Below are positions 48,017 through 57,732 of a stretch of DNA of 60,947 nucleotides, piece after piece. The notes below the pieces were generated by a model. That model searched no databases. It was not told the DNA's origin and saw only the letters and a list, made by a program, of their open reading frames with translations. The position numbers and the translations under genes were made by a program. The stretch covers positions 1 through 60,947 of the forward strand of contig KZ538573.1 in the NCBI GenBank assembly GCA_000934665.2, in the 5' to 3' direction. Each line of letters starts with the position of its first letter. The stretch's first letter is position 1. The DNA comes from Catajapyx aquilonaris (taxonomy: Eukaryota).

Positions 48017-50983
48017 CGTCGTAGTAGTATTTGCATATGTACAGGTTTTACTGTATATGGTTTTGGGATTGCCTGAATCTGCAACAAAATTACATTCAAA
48101 AAATCCATTGTGAACTTTTAGGCAGGACCACGGTCTTAAAATACTTCGGTCTGTTCACTCCCCCTCTTATCACGTAAAGGGGCTGACGCACAGTGGTGCC
48201 CCAACCCCGTTTTCATTGACGAAAGTCCATAGGATGAAATTAATTACCGGTATATTATATTCAGATCTTTCTAATCAGAAAGGGAATAGTCCAGAGTATC
48301 TGAAACCGGTACATGTTAAATTTCAGAACCGGAAACTGTGAAGGTACCGCTCACCACAATAGATGGAAATTCAAATCTGAACGTTTCAAGTTTTTCTCAG
48401 CAATTTTTGGGAGTGTCTGTCCCTTCTATACATGCTTGTCCTACAGTTATGTAGATATACTGTGCCTAGGTCTGTGTACTTTGTGATTTGATGGTTAGTG
48501 ATAGACTGATTTACATGAATCACTTACTGGGATGTCAGAGAGAGTACGTGTAGAAAATAAGTATTTTCTAGGGGAAAAATTAGAGCTATAACCCATCCAT
48601 AATAACCGGACATAGCCTATTGTGTTCACTAGACTTTCCTCTACAGAGGCACGAAGATATCACGTGCGCCTAGCAGCGCTTTCAGATTTGAGGCTGGAAA
48701 ATATTTAACCCCACCAAGTCGCTCACCCACCTGGCCGTCTTATGGCTACAATACATGATATACGCTAATTTTAAAAGAATCCTACTTTCTGATCCACAGC
48801 TATGCCATTGGAAAATTCAGTTTATATCCACAGAGACAATTTCAAGTGGTTAAAGCCTAAAATACTTTCCAGAGGCATACCTCTGAAAATTCTATCTGTT
48901 CATGTGAGGGCGTGTCTATTAAATGGTACGTAAATTGTCGAAATTGTCTGTATTGAGCTCAAACCACTAAAAATGGCATTTCCACCTCCAACAACGTAAA
49001 GATACCGAGTGTCATAATGATCGAATGAGTTTCAGACATTTGTCCACAAAAATGGGGTCGGGTCACCAATGTGTGATGGGGTGGTAATGCGGTGGAGGGC
49101 CACGATAGCACTGTTAAGGCGCCGCGACTGCCCCGAACTTACCGGGCTCCTATGCACTTAGGTAGAAGCAAGTACCTAAGTGCGGTGGCCCCCCACCACA
49201 TTACCACCCCATCAGCCCCTTTACACGATAAGCGGGGGAGCGTCCATACCTTGGTATTTTAAGACTATGGGCAGGACTAATTTTTTTAACACTCGCAATT
49301 AATATACCACCCAAATCTCAATGCAATTTTGTACAAAAATTAAACATTTTGATGCAATTATGTTGTCATATCAATTGCTATTGTTTTCATTACACATGAG
49401 CTTGTGGCTCCATGAGAGTAGGAACCCACTTCCAAGGACTAAGGCTTTTTGCCCAAGCATCCTTTAGCCCCTCTTCCAGCCACCGCCCTCTGGATGAAAA
49501 TGGCTGCTAGCAGAGGAGCCCATGCACTTGTAAAATATTGTGCAACTCCCAGCTGACTTTTTTGCTCGAGACAAAATCATAGGAGTGATAGCAATACTTC
49601 CCTGGTGGCACATTAACTAGGCAACATACTTTCTCAACAAATCATGTTGGTCCCCATTCCCTTACATTTTCACTCCGGACAGAGGGCTGTTTGACTTATT
49701 TTTTATTTATTTTATTTTATTTTTTATTATTATTTAACCCCGTGATAGAACTGTAAGTCGTTATAGGGGGGTGGCATACCACCATCAGTTTTCTAGTATT
49801 TTATATACTTTTTTCTTCATTCTCCATGCAGGGAAGTAAGGAAGTGTGGTAAGGATAGGGATTTTTGGGGAGGGGACACAGGTGCAAGTGCATTGTCGGA
49901 AATGGGTCGTGTGCTAGGTTGCCAAGACGCCTACTTAGGCGCAGGCCAGAGACCCACTGACGCAGGCAGAAGGGAACTCCCGGGCAAGGATAGAACCCGG
50001 GACCTTCCGCACCGCAAGCCAAGACATTACCATCTCAGCCACCACGCCCTCCCCGCTGTTTTACTAATTTTGGGTTGCAAGGACACATTGTCACCCATAC
50101 TTTTCTTTACCCTCCTTACATATTGATTGATTGATATATATTTGCAGATCTCATCCGATCTTACTGAAACTACCCTCCAGCATGTTCTACGACGATGAAC
50201 TGGTTCCCAAGGCAGATCTGTCAAAGTGGTCCCACTTAACCCAGCTTGACATGCTTCCTACAAAAGGAGTTCCCTTAATTTTTTATGGTGTCAAAGGGAA
50301 TAACATGCAGGACAAGGACAGTCCTTCATGGTTTAATACTGAAGAGGTTTATCAGGTGTGGAACTACTTGGAGGCGCTCTACAGCCAGGCACACCTTACC
50401 CCTGATGAGGTGGGGATCATCACCCCATACAGAAAGCAGGTAGATATCTTCATGCATGATTTATCTGCTTTAGATCATGACCATATAATTTATACACAAT
50501 GCTACAATAGCCTGTCTTGACTGTAGACTGTAGAGAAGTAAATGACACTTGTTGTGGCTGCTTTAAACCACAGCACACATAATTGGCATGTTTTATCTTT
50601 CTCTCGATACATTGTAACTCATGTTACCTTTATAGGGGGAGAAAATACGAAACTTCTTGGATACATCGAAGCTTTCGAAGCCGAAGATTGGATCCGTCGA
50701 GGAGTTTCAGGGTCAAGAGAGAGTGGCCATCATCCTCTCAACAGTGAGATCAGTACAGGACATTTATAACAATGATATGAGATTCAATCTTGGGTTCGTG
50801 GGGTGCCCCAAGCGGATGAATGTAGCATTAACACGAGCTCAAGCCTTTTTAGTTGTGATTGGCAACCCACATGTGCTGGCTATGGATAAGAATTGGTGGT
50901 GTTTTCTGTCCTATGTGTATGAATTGGGTGCTTGGAAAGGCTGTGAAATGCCTGAATCAATTGTCAGGGGGGGACAGAGGTGA
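22293..50983 (+). CDS. armi: Armitage/MOV10L1-like SF1 (UPF1-like) RNA helicase, join(22293..22761,38925..40097,41950..42289,44654..44989,46717..46792,47458..47921,50148..50439,50636..50983), about 1165 aa
   Basis: Helicase motifs occur in order across exons: I GPPGTGKT, Ia [73 protein letters not shown]10-family segments [13 protein letters not shown] and QGYIHEV are present. The N-terminal OB-fold-like region (GTVT..GTIDG..YF; P-GDWL) favours Armi/MOV10L1 over MOV10. Every junction is GT-AG with matching phase, and the 3498-nt total is divisible by 3. Confidence 0.93.
23673..24857. mobile_element. Kolobok-like non-autonomous element
   Basis: TTAA|AGGGACACTCCACTC...GAGTGGAGTGTCCCT|TTAA, with ~150-bp TIRs. 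Confidence 0.82.
25581..27180 (-). mobile_element. Academ-like DNA transposon remnant with XPG/H2TH-like coding fragment
   Basis: Starts TAGTC. About 200-bp inverted arms (25727-25940 vs ~26985-27180). ORF 26366-26941 contains [29 protein letters not shown] and IPPT.AL.QH. Confidence 0.65.
27445..27675. mobile_element. hAT-like MITE with CpG-dense ATATCG subterminal repeats
   Basis: TAGGGCTGTGCGATAT...ATATCGCACAGCCCTA. No clear 8-bp TSD. Confidence 0.75.
30896..31207 (+). mobile_element. Family B SINE inserted in LINE ORF2
   Basis: Poly(A) tail and TSD ACTTTCCTGA (30886-30895 and 31208-31217). Removing it restores YFPD-DDG. Confidence 0.92.
31735..32705. repeat. Inverted array of ~150-158-bp satellite-like units inserted in the RT domain
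   Basis: Unit core GTTGGCAACACCGCATAACTC.TGAC.TAAGG. About 2.5 reverse units are followed by 4 forward units, with the switch near 32105. AGGCCT occurs at both junctions. Confidence 0.88.
35214..35763 (-). mobile_element. Deleted mariner
   Basis: TA|TTAGGTCTA.GCAAAAG...CTTTTGCATAGACCTAA|TA. C-terminal FFESKP..FY..GI..LP..WQ.VI..DG. Confidence 0.85.
36331..36732. mobile_element. Tc1/pogo-type MITE
   Basis: TA|CAGTACCCTGCAT.AATGGCCATGCACAGACATCGCCA mirrored, ending |TA. Confidence 0.87.
36918..37143. mobile_element. hAT (Charlie-like) MITE
   Basis: CAGTGGTTCCCAACCT...AGGTTGGGAGCCACTG, with 8-bp TSD CTCTCGGC/CTCTAGGC. Confidence 0.88.
38135..38527 (-). mobile_element. tRNA-derived SINE, family C, with (AAT)n tail (second copy 49695-50056)
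   Basis: Head GTGGTGGC.GAGATGGTAA..GGTTCGATCC. The body and 3' tail are shared between the two copies. Confidence 0.82.
38925..40097 (+). CDS. armi: armi-like coding exon 2
   Basis: Acceptor cttcag|, lies within the 416-aa ORF, contains LLYLEE..M..YDL and GLAESRPS, donor aaag|gtgagg. Confidence 0.93.
40516..41048. mobile_element. Tc1-type MITE
   Basis: GGGTGTTTCACTAGG.AGTCC.CCCAAAGAATCGA is mirrored at 41010-41048. Confidence 0.8.
41950..42289 (+). CDS. armi: armi-like coding exon 3
   Basis: Acceptor ccacag|, translates [10 protein letters not shown]...[12 protein letters not shown]...IFP, donor gg|gttagt in phase 2. Confidence 0.88.
42761..42908. repeat. Short near-perfect hairpin (57-bp arms)
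   Basis: GTACTATCGGGTTCAAATACTTTTGGCCACTTTATCC...GGATAAAGTGGCCAAAAGTATTTGAACCCGATAGTAC. Confidence 0.88.
43487..43810 (+). mobile_element. Family B SINE with (ATT)n tail (partial copy at about 57780-57890, -)
   Basis: ACCGAAGCAG start, GGTTCGAACC B box, same body as 30896-31207. Confidence 0.87.
43911..44328. mobile_element. MITE
   Basis: GACAATACCTCTTAAGACG.GCAACCC is mirrored. Confidence 0.75.
44654..44989 (+). CDS. armi: armi-like coding exon 4 (Q motif, Walker A)
   Basis: LNSQQKAAI and [18 protein letters not shown]. Acceptor tgtag|, donor cg|gtaaga. Confidence 0.93.
46717..46792 (+). CDS. armi: armi-like coding exon 5 (76 nt, motif Ia; absent from the ORF track)
   Basis: ttgacag|g atc ctg gtt gca acc cca tcc aac... 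translates [19 protein letters not shown]. Donor cag|gtagga. Confidence 0.92.
47458..47921 (+). CDS. armi: armi-like coding exon 6 (DEAG, motif III)
   Basis: [11 protein letters not shown] and [11 protein letters not shown]. Acceptor ccacag|, donor ag|gtgtgg. Confidence 0.95.
48128..49270. mobile_element. TIR element with a nested hairpin (49076-49213)
   Basis: CCA..GTCTTAAAATAC...CTTATC..GTAAAGGGGCTGA is mirrored at 49212-49270. Confidence 0.65.
50148..50439 (+). CDS. armi: armi-like coding exon 7
   Basis: [29 protein letters not shown]. Acceptor tgcag|, donor cag|gtagat. Confidence 0.94.
50636..50983 (+). CDS. armi: armi-like terminal coding exon 8 (motifs V, VI)
   Basis: [13 protein letters not shown] and [23 protein letters not shown] ends at 50983. 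Confidence 0.94.
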   Translation, partial: GEKIRNFLDTSKLSKPKIGSVEEFQGQERVAIILSTVRSVQDIYNNDMRFNLGFVGCPKRMNVALTRAQAFLVVIGNPHVLAMDKNWWCFLSYVYELGAWKGCEMPESIVRGGQR

Positions 50984-51810
50984 AAGCATATAGGTTGCCT
51001 TTTAGCACAGCCATTTTCAGAGGTTTAAACTGAAGAGGGCCCAGAATCTCTTGCCTCTGTCAGTAAGAAACAAAAACTATCTCTCCATAGCATTAGTCAT
51101 GATAACCTAAATTTATTTCTTTACAAACAAGCAAACCTTACGACTGCGCAAAGTTCATGTTCAAATAATTATGTTTTTCAGGTTCCTTATCTGCTAGAAA
51201 GAAAACGCCTTTCCAGAAAAACTGATCTCAAGGGTATACAGTCCACAACACAGATACTCCACTTGCGGATAATAGGGAGTACAGTGTACATAGAAGTTTC
51301 TTGGGATTGGGAATGCAATGATAAAACCAGAAATAGTGAATTATGCAAGGTAAGGGTATTTGTCAGGGGGTGGGGGGATGAGAGGTGGGGTAAAAATTGA
51401 GTTTAAAATGGTATTTTCAGTGTTTGAAAGCAAGAGGAACAAGGTGGTGAATTTATTAACTATCACATCGTGAATCAGGCAATCCTGGCATTCTGCCAAG
51501 TCAGGGTCTCACATTGCTGGGATCACAGTACCCTTAGGGGCTTAGCTAATGAAAAGTGCCACTGTTTCGGCTGGGCCTCAATATGGCCCAATGTTTTCTG
51601 ACCAATTTAAATTCTATACACCATATTACCTCACATAAAGCAGCATGATGGTATGCAACGATGTTGACCAGCAGTATAACCCGGGGTTGGGCGGCATGAC
51701 GAAATAACTGAGGTAGATTTCGATCACTTTGATTTTTTGGGAGTGATTCTAGTACCATTCTAAAATAATGTTACGGTGGAAATTTGGCGAGTAGAGGGTT
51801 GTGAGAATAT

Positions 51811-52657
51811 TGTCATGGACCAGATCCTTGAGACCCGATATTATGCACTTTAGGGGTTTCAGACATCACTTGGGTACGTTACACTGGTACGGTACTTAGC
51901 ACTTTTTATTGTGGCAGGAATTGGAGTGAAACGCTGATTATCAAAGCAACCATTTATTCACGATAAAGACAAACAAGAATCTACCCTCAAGTGATCCGAC
52001 AGATGTGACAATGTGGCTGAAGGCCTGCTACTTAGCCCCAGATGTCTTGTAGTCCTGGTTGAAGATTTGACCCTCAGTGGCCTTCAGGTCGGGGGTTAGT
52101 CAGGTGACGCTCAGTCGGTGCTAGCTCCAGGTGCCCCGGGTTGGTCTGGTCCCTCTGCTTGGCTGGTCCGGGTGCCTCATTGTCCAGCTTCTTGACCCCC
52201 GGCTTCCAGGCAATGTGACCAAGCGATATAGGCGGTGAGCTTGCTAGTTGATGGTGCGTACTGTTGTCCAGGTCAGACTAACTGACTTAGACAGCTCTTG
52301 ACGACTCCCCGCGATCTCCCATCTCTTCTTCTCTTTTCACTTAGGTGGGTTACATACCTGACGCTACCCTGGGGTGGTGCGCCCTTTCCTCCTCCTGGAT
52401 ACTATCTTTTTCTTTCCCGGTGTCCTGTTCTCAGGCCTCCTTGTCCTGGTAGATACTGAACTTCCTCCTCCATTTGCCTCGTACAATAATTAATTCAGTT
52501 CCCCACATCATGTTATTGATACTTAGCTTTGTCCTACTAGTGCCCTTGATAACTGTGTAATTGAACAGATCATGCAAGGAGCAGGTGTGGTGCAATAAGC
52601 AAGATGTGGCGCATTATAAGAAACGTATACGTAGCATAAAACGCAATATATGTGACA
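51811..52657 (-). mobile_element. Solo LTR (Gypsy-like)
   Basis: Termini TGTCA...TGACA, 4-bp TSD ATAT, minus-strand AATAAA near 51953. Confidence 0.82.
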
Positions 52658-53910
52658 ATATGCTATTTCTGTTGCGCAGTTCATAGAGTGTGACCAATCC
52701 CATCGTCAGCCTGTTTTAAAAGGGGAAACCCTTATTCCATCACAAAGGATCAAGGCAAATTAATTCAGTTCTTTGTTTTGCTGAATAGTTCGCTGGTCGC
52801 ATATCTTGTTGGCAATCAGAGGATCACTTTATGAAGTGGTATCAATTTGTCTGAGAAGCCGCTTTATTCAAATAATAAATCCAAAGTCAAAGTATGAAAT
52901 ATTCTGGTAGGTATGCGTCTCTCCTTGCAGCCTTGCCCTTTTAATTGAAAATATTGTCTTGAAATTTGAACTTAAGGAACGATCTTATGGAATGTGTCTA
53001 CATCGTAGAACATGGAGTAGCATAATGCATTCATGTGAGTATTAATAATTTTCGCAGAGAGCCTAATAATGCTGTGCTCAAGAAAACCTCGCCTCATACC
53101 GGCACACCCCACTTAGACAGGCATGCTGGTATAGCCACCAGATCATGCATTTCTAAAAACTGGTTGACCTCAGCTACACCGGCATGCCGCTTTATGTGAG
53201 GTAATACGGTAATTACAATTTACATGATAGGTAATGTTTTATTCCCCATCTTGGGTGTGTAAGTCACTGTCTCAAAATTCCTCTTGCTTTCAAGCGTTTG
53301 AAAATACTGTTTTTAACTCGTATTTGACACCCTCCCCCTCGCCCTCCTCTCCCTTCCCTGACAAGTGACCTTAACTTGCATAAGTCACAATTTCAGGCTT
53401 TCCCAATGTAATCCTAAGAAACGTCTATTTACCAAAAATCTCTCCAATAACACTTAATAGATCCCTCAGTACCTTTTGCAAAGTGTTCAGTTTTTGAACT
53501 TTGGGCCCGCACATCTTTAAAATGCTTGAGATCAAGGATTTTTCCAGAAAGGTGTTTTCTTTCTAGCCGATAAAGAACCTGGAAAACTTAATTGGAACAT
53601 GGACTTTGCATAGCACCTCGTGAGGTTCCCTTGTCAGTGCTGGCCTTAGATTTGAACCCCTGGACCTCCTGCTTGGCTGGCCAATGGTATAACCACTAGA
53701 CCACTGTGCCCCCTTACATATTAAATGGGGATATTTTTTTATAATGCTGGGGTGATCTAGTCTGAATTGAGGGTTGCAATGAACAACAACCACAGTACAT
53801 TCCAGTACAGTGCTGGACATTAATAGTGTTGCACAGCTAGCACCACAAGCTGCTCATTATTTTGAGCCAGTAACTCGGACAGTTTATGCGTGTGACTATA
53901 AACAAAATGT

Positions 53911-54440
53911 TTTATCAAGATGAAGGAATTCTGAGGTGTTCTTGAAGTGCCTGTAAACATAACTTTATTAATAATTCTTGACATTTTTATAGACGAATCA
54001 CCTCATGACTGGGAAGAAGCCACCTTTGTTATCCACACCACATTTGAAACAGTCAATTCCTAAATCACCTTCAATGGATCACTATTACACTACTCGGCAT
54101 GTTTCCTCCTGGTCTACAGGGCCCCACCACATCAGGGCCACACCAACCGGAATGTCACACACAACTAACCACACACCACCTATGTATATGACAACCAAAC
54201 AAAATAGGGGCATGAGCAGATTCACCCTCTCATGGTGTGCCTTGGGAACGTTTCCCATGAAACAGCGAGACAATTCTGAAGGTGATTAGGAACTGACTGT
54301 TTTAAATGTGGCGTGGAGAACAATGGTGGCTTCTTCCCCATCATGAGGCGATTCGTCTATAAAAATTCCAAGTTAATGAATCAAGTGATGTTTGCAGGCA
54401 CCTCAAGAACACCCATAAACTTCTTCATCTTGATAAAACT
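53911..54440. repeat. Palindromic MITE inside a larger inverted-repeat element (~53805-56285)
   Basis: TTTTTATAGACGAATC.CCTCATGA..GGGAAGAAGCCACC is mirrored. Outer arms TTATTTTGAGCCAGTAACT and GTGACTATAAACAA are mirrored at 56030-56085. Confidence 0.75.
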
Positions 54441-54747
54441 TTTCAAACCAACCTCGTACTTGGAATAACAATTTATTTCACAAGTATGACAGCTAGGATA
54501 CCTTCGAGTGCCCCATCAGGGAATAATAATGCTGGGCCAACGACTGGTCGTGGCTGAAGGTTGGTGTTGGTTGGTCCGGTCGCTGGCTCGGGTGGTGGTC
54601 GGCGCTGACCCATACCCTGGGGCTGTAGCTTGGCCGGCTTCTGCTTGCTTGGCCCTGGTGCTCCCGCACTGACTTCTGGACTTGGCCTTGGCTCGACTGT
54701 TCCGCTGCCTAGCTTCTCGGCCCTGGCTCTGACTTCCAAGAGAGATA

Positions 54748-55674
54748 CGAGGAGTGATCAAAAAGTAAGGTCTCCAAGGCTGTAACCTTTATTCTGTATG
54801 AACACAAATGACGAAACTTACAGGGTACATGAGGACAATGGACATCTACTTTTCTACATAGTTTCCACACCGAAGAACGCATTTATCCCATCGCCAGACC
54901 AGTTTCTCAATCCCTTCCGAATAGAAAGGGGTGCCCTGTTGACAGCACCAGTCACGCAGCCTTCTTCACCTCATCGTCGCTTCGGAAATGCTGACCTGCC
55001 ATGTCTGCTTTCAGGGCTCTGAATAAGTGATAGTCTGTGAGGGCTAGGTCGGGACTATAGGGTGTGTGAGGAAGAACTTCCCAGTCGTATCCATTCGGCA
55101 AAGCCATGGTGTCCCTCGATGTGTCCGGACGGGCGTTTTCGTGGAGAAGGATGACCCCAGCAGTGAGCAATCCTGGAAGTTGCGACTATCAATTCGGAGC
55201 GCAGTGACCCTGGCAAAGTTGCAGAAGGCCATCAGGTGGAAACGACCAGGATTGCTCACTGCTGGGGTCATCCTTCTCCACGACAACGCCCGTCCGGACA
55301 CATCGAGGGACACCATGGCTTTGCTGAATGGATACGACTGGGAAGTTCTTCCTCACGCACCCTATAGTCCCGACCTAGCCCTCACAGACTATCACTTATT
55401 CAGAGCCCTGAAAGCAGACATGGCAGGTCAGCATTTCCGAAGCGACGATGAGGTGAAGAAGGCTGCGTGACTGGTGCTGTCAACTGGGCACCCCTTTCTA
55501 TTCGGAAGGGATTGAGAAACTGGTCTGGCGATGGGATAAGTGCGTTCTTCGGTGTGGAAACTATGTAGAAAAGTAGATGTCCATTGTCCTCATGTACCCT
55601 GTAAGTTTCGTCATTTGTGTTCATACAGAATAAAGGTTACAGCCTTGGAGACCTTACTTTTTGATCACTCCTCG
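54748..55674. mobile_element. Near-perfect palindromic mariner derivative
   Basis: TA|CGAGGAGTGATCAAAAAGTAAGG...CCTTACTTTTTGATCACTCCTCG|TA. Arms are about 430 bp with a 68-bp spacer. Each arm encodes LLHDNARP..HAPYSPDLA..DYHLF (D34D mariner). Confidence 0.95.
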
Positions 55675-56514
55675 TACTTGCCCTGCAGAGTTGGGTTTTA
55701 TGGTCCCGCCCTAACCTGGCTGGGTGGATGTGCCATGCCCAACTTATGGCATCCAAAGGTGTATTTACTGGATGCTTTACTTGGCCCAACTGCACATTAT
55801 AGTTATGGGCAACCTGGTCTTATCATGAGCTCTCTCCTCATCTGAATAGATAGCATGACTTCCGCCTTCTGACTGCACAATGGAATCATGCAATCGCATC
55901 AAGCTTACACCACACATCCTGCTACTCTAACTGAATCAGGCTCCTCAAGAGTGGATATAGAAGCTAGAAAAATGTAGGATGGTGCCATGTGGTGCAGAAA
56001 GATATAGCACAAGGTGCCAATACATGACACTATTGTTTATAGTCACATGAATGATCTTAGCAAGTTACTGGCTCAAAATAATGAATAGAAGCAAGATAGA
56101 AGGCATTTCCATTCACCTTTCCCTCCTTCCCTTTAACGTGTATTGAATGAGTGCATGACGACAGTGACATCACCACCGAACCATCACTTATTATACTTGT
56201 ACTTCGTCACTTTGATTCGTTCTTTTGCCTCCAACGGCTCTTGGTGCTAGCTGTGCGACACCAATAGTGTCCAGCACTACATATCATTCCAGTACAGTAG
56301 ATTATGTTGTTGCCACTGAAATACCTTGGCTTGAATGTAGGGGTTGCAGTCACATAGCAGGGGGTTGTATCACTGAGAATCGAGGGTTGGCAAAATCGAG
56401 AAGACAAGAGGTTTTAATCATGAGGTTAGTAAAAATACATGAACAACAATACCTGGTCCCCTAAAAATGGCTCGTCAGGTCAAAAAACACCCAGGTCATA
56501 GGCCTTAGGACATG

Positions 56515-57052
56515 GAGTACGTTTACATGGGACTAAAAATCGGCCTGACCCAGGCTTCCTAAGCAAGGCCTATCTACGCAAAGCCTGCTCCCACTTTTGC
56601 CACTGCTACATGGGACAGACTATACCGGCACTACATGGGACCGAGGGGGTGAGCCGCCCGAAAATAGTCCCTACCATGCCGGGCCATACTCCGCTCCTCA
56701 CAGCAAAATGTGCAATATGTGTAGCTCTGCAGCTACCGCATGGGCTGCCCATGATAATTAGGCAGTTGAATTACATGTACCAGCACTGTTTATTCGAGAA
56801 AGCCACAGATATGGGGGGACTATTTTCGCGGCCTGTAGTCCACTCAGAAGCAAGTCCTGGGCTGTTCACTAGCAGCCAATCACCGCCATCGCCTTAGGTA
56901 GACCACCCGATCCAAAAGGCTTGGGCTGCGCCCGACAACGGATCAGATAAGGCCGGTCTATCGTAGGCCCAGCGGCTACATGGGAGTAAACCGGTTCGCC
57001 TAGCATAGGCGGCCGTAGCTAGGCCGATTTTTAGTCCCATGTAAACGTACTC
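56515..57052. mobile_element. Harbinger-like MITE
   Basis: Perfect 32-bp TIR GAGTACGTTTACATGGGACTAAAAATCGGCCT and internal CTACATGGGA repeats. Confidence 0.8.
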
Positions 57053-57380
57053 GACCTATAGCTGCTGCTTGCAGTGTTGTTCACAAGTGGCAAGGTGCAA
57101 GAGCTTGGTTTTGGCTATGGCTGCGATGCGGGTGGTGTAGTTGTCCAATGACTGTGTGTAGTCATCGACGGCATCTGGGCTACGTTGGTAATGGGACCTC
57201 TTTGATCACGCCTCCGCATTTAATTTGCATAGAAAGTTGTCCTTGCTCTGGAATTATATGTGTAGAAGTATGAATATTGTGCAATACGTGACAATAGAGT
57301 AGGGAGTTTTCTCTCCGTTGTCAATCATCTCACATTATTATTGGACTCAAATACAGACATCAGGATAAGAAGGAAGGTGA

Positions 57381-57610
57381 GGGCAGCACAGTGGTGTAGT
57401 AGTTAGTGCCACAGCCTTCCACCTCGGAAAGTCCTGAGTTTGATCCCGGGATCGAACATAGGATTCAAGATAGAGAACATAGGATAGAGTTTCAATGGTT
57501 CTCTCCATGTTCACATGGATTTTTTTGGAGCTCTTCTGTTTCCTCTCACAGTCAAAACTTATCGCAGCAGAGGCGCAGAGAGTCAGTTATTGAAAAGATG
57601 AGCCATTAAA
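57381..57610 (+). mobile_element. tRNA-derived SINE with V-domain-like core
   Basis: Head GGGCAGCACAGTGGTGTAGTAGTTAG and core TTCTCTCCATGTTCACATGGATTTT..GTTTCCTCTCACAGTCAAAA. Confidence 0.6.
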
Positions 57611-57646
57611 AGGCGAAAGGAGGCCTAACATGGGTATCTATTATTA

Positions 57647-57732
<86 letters not shown>

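Noticed and set aside
55066..55470. Active mariner transposase
   Set aside because: Only the C-terminal third is present. The DNA-binding domain and first catalytic Asp are missing, and there is an early stop.
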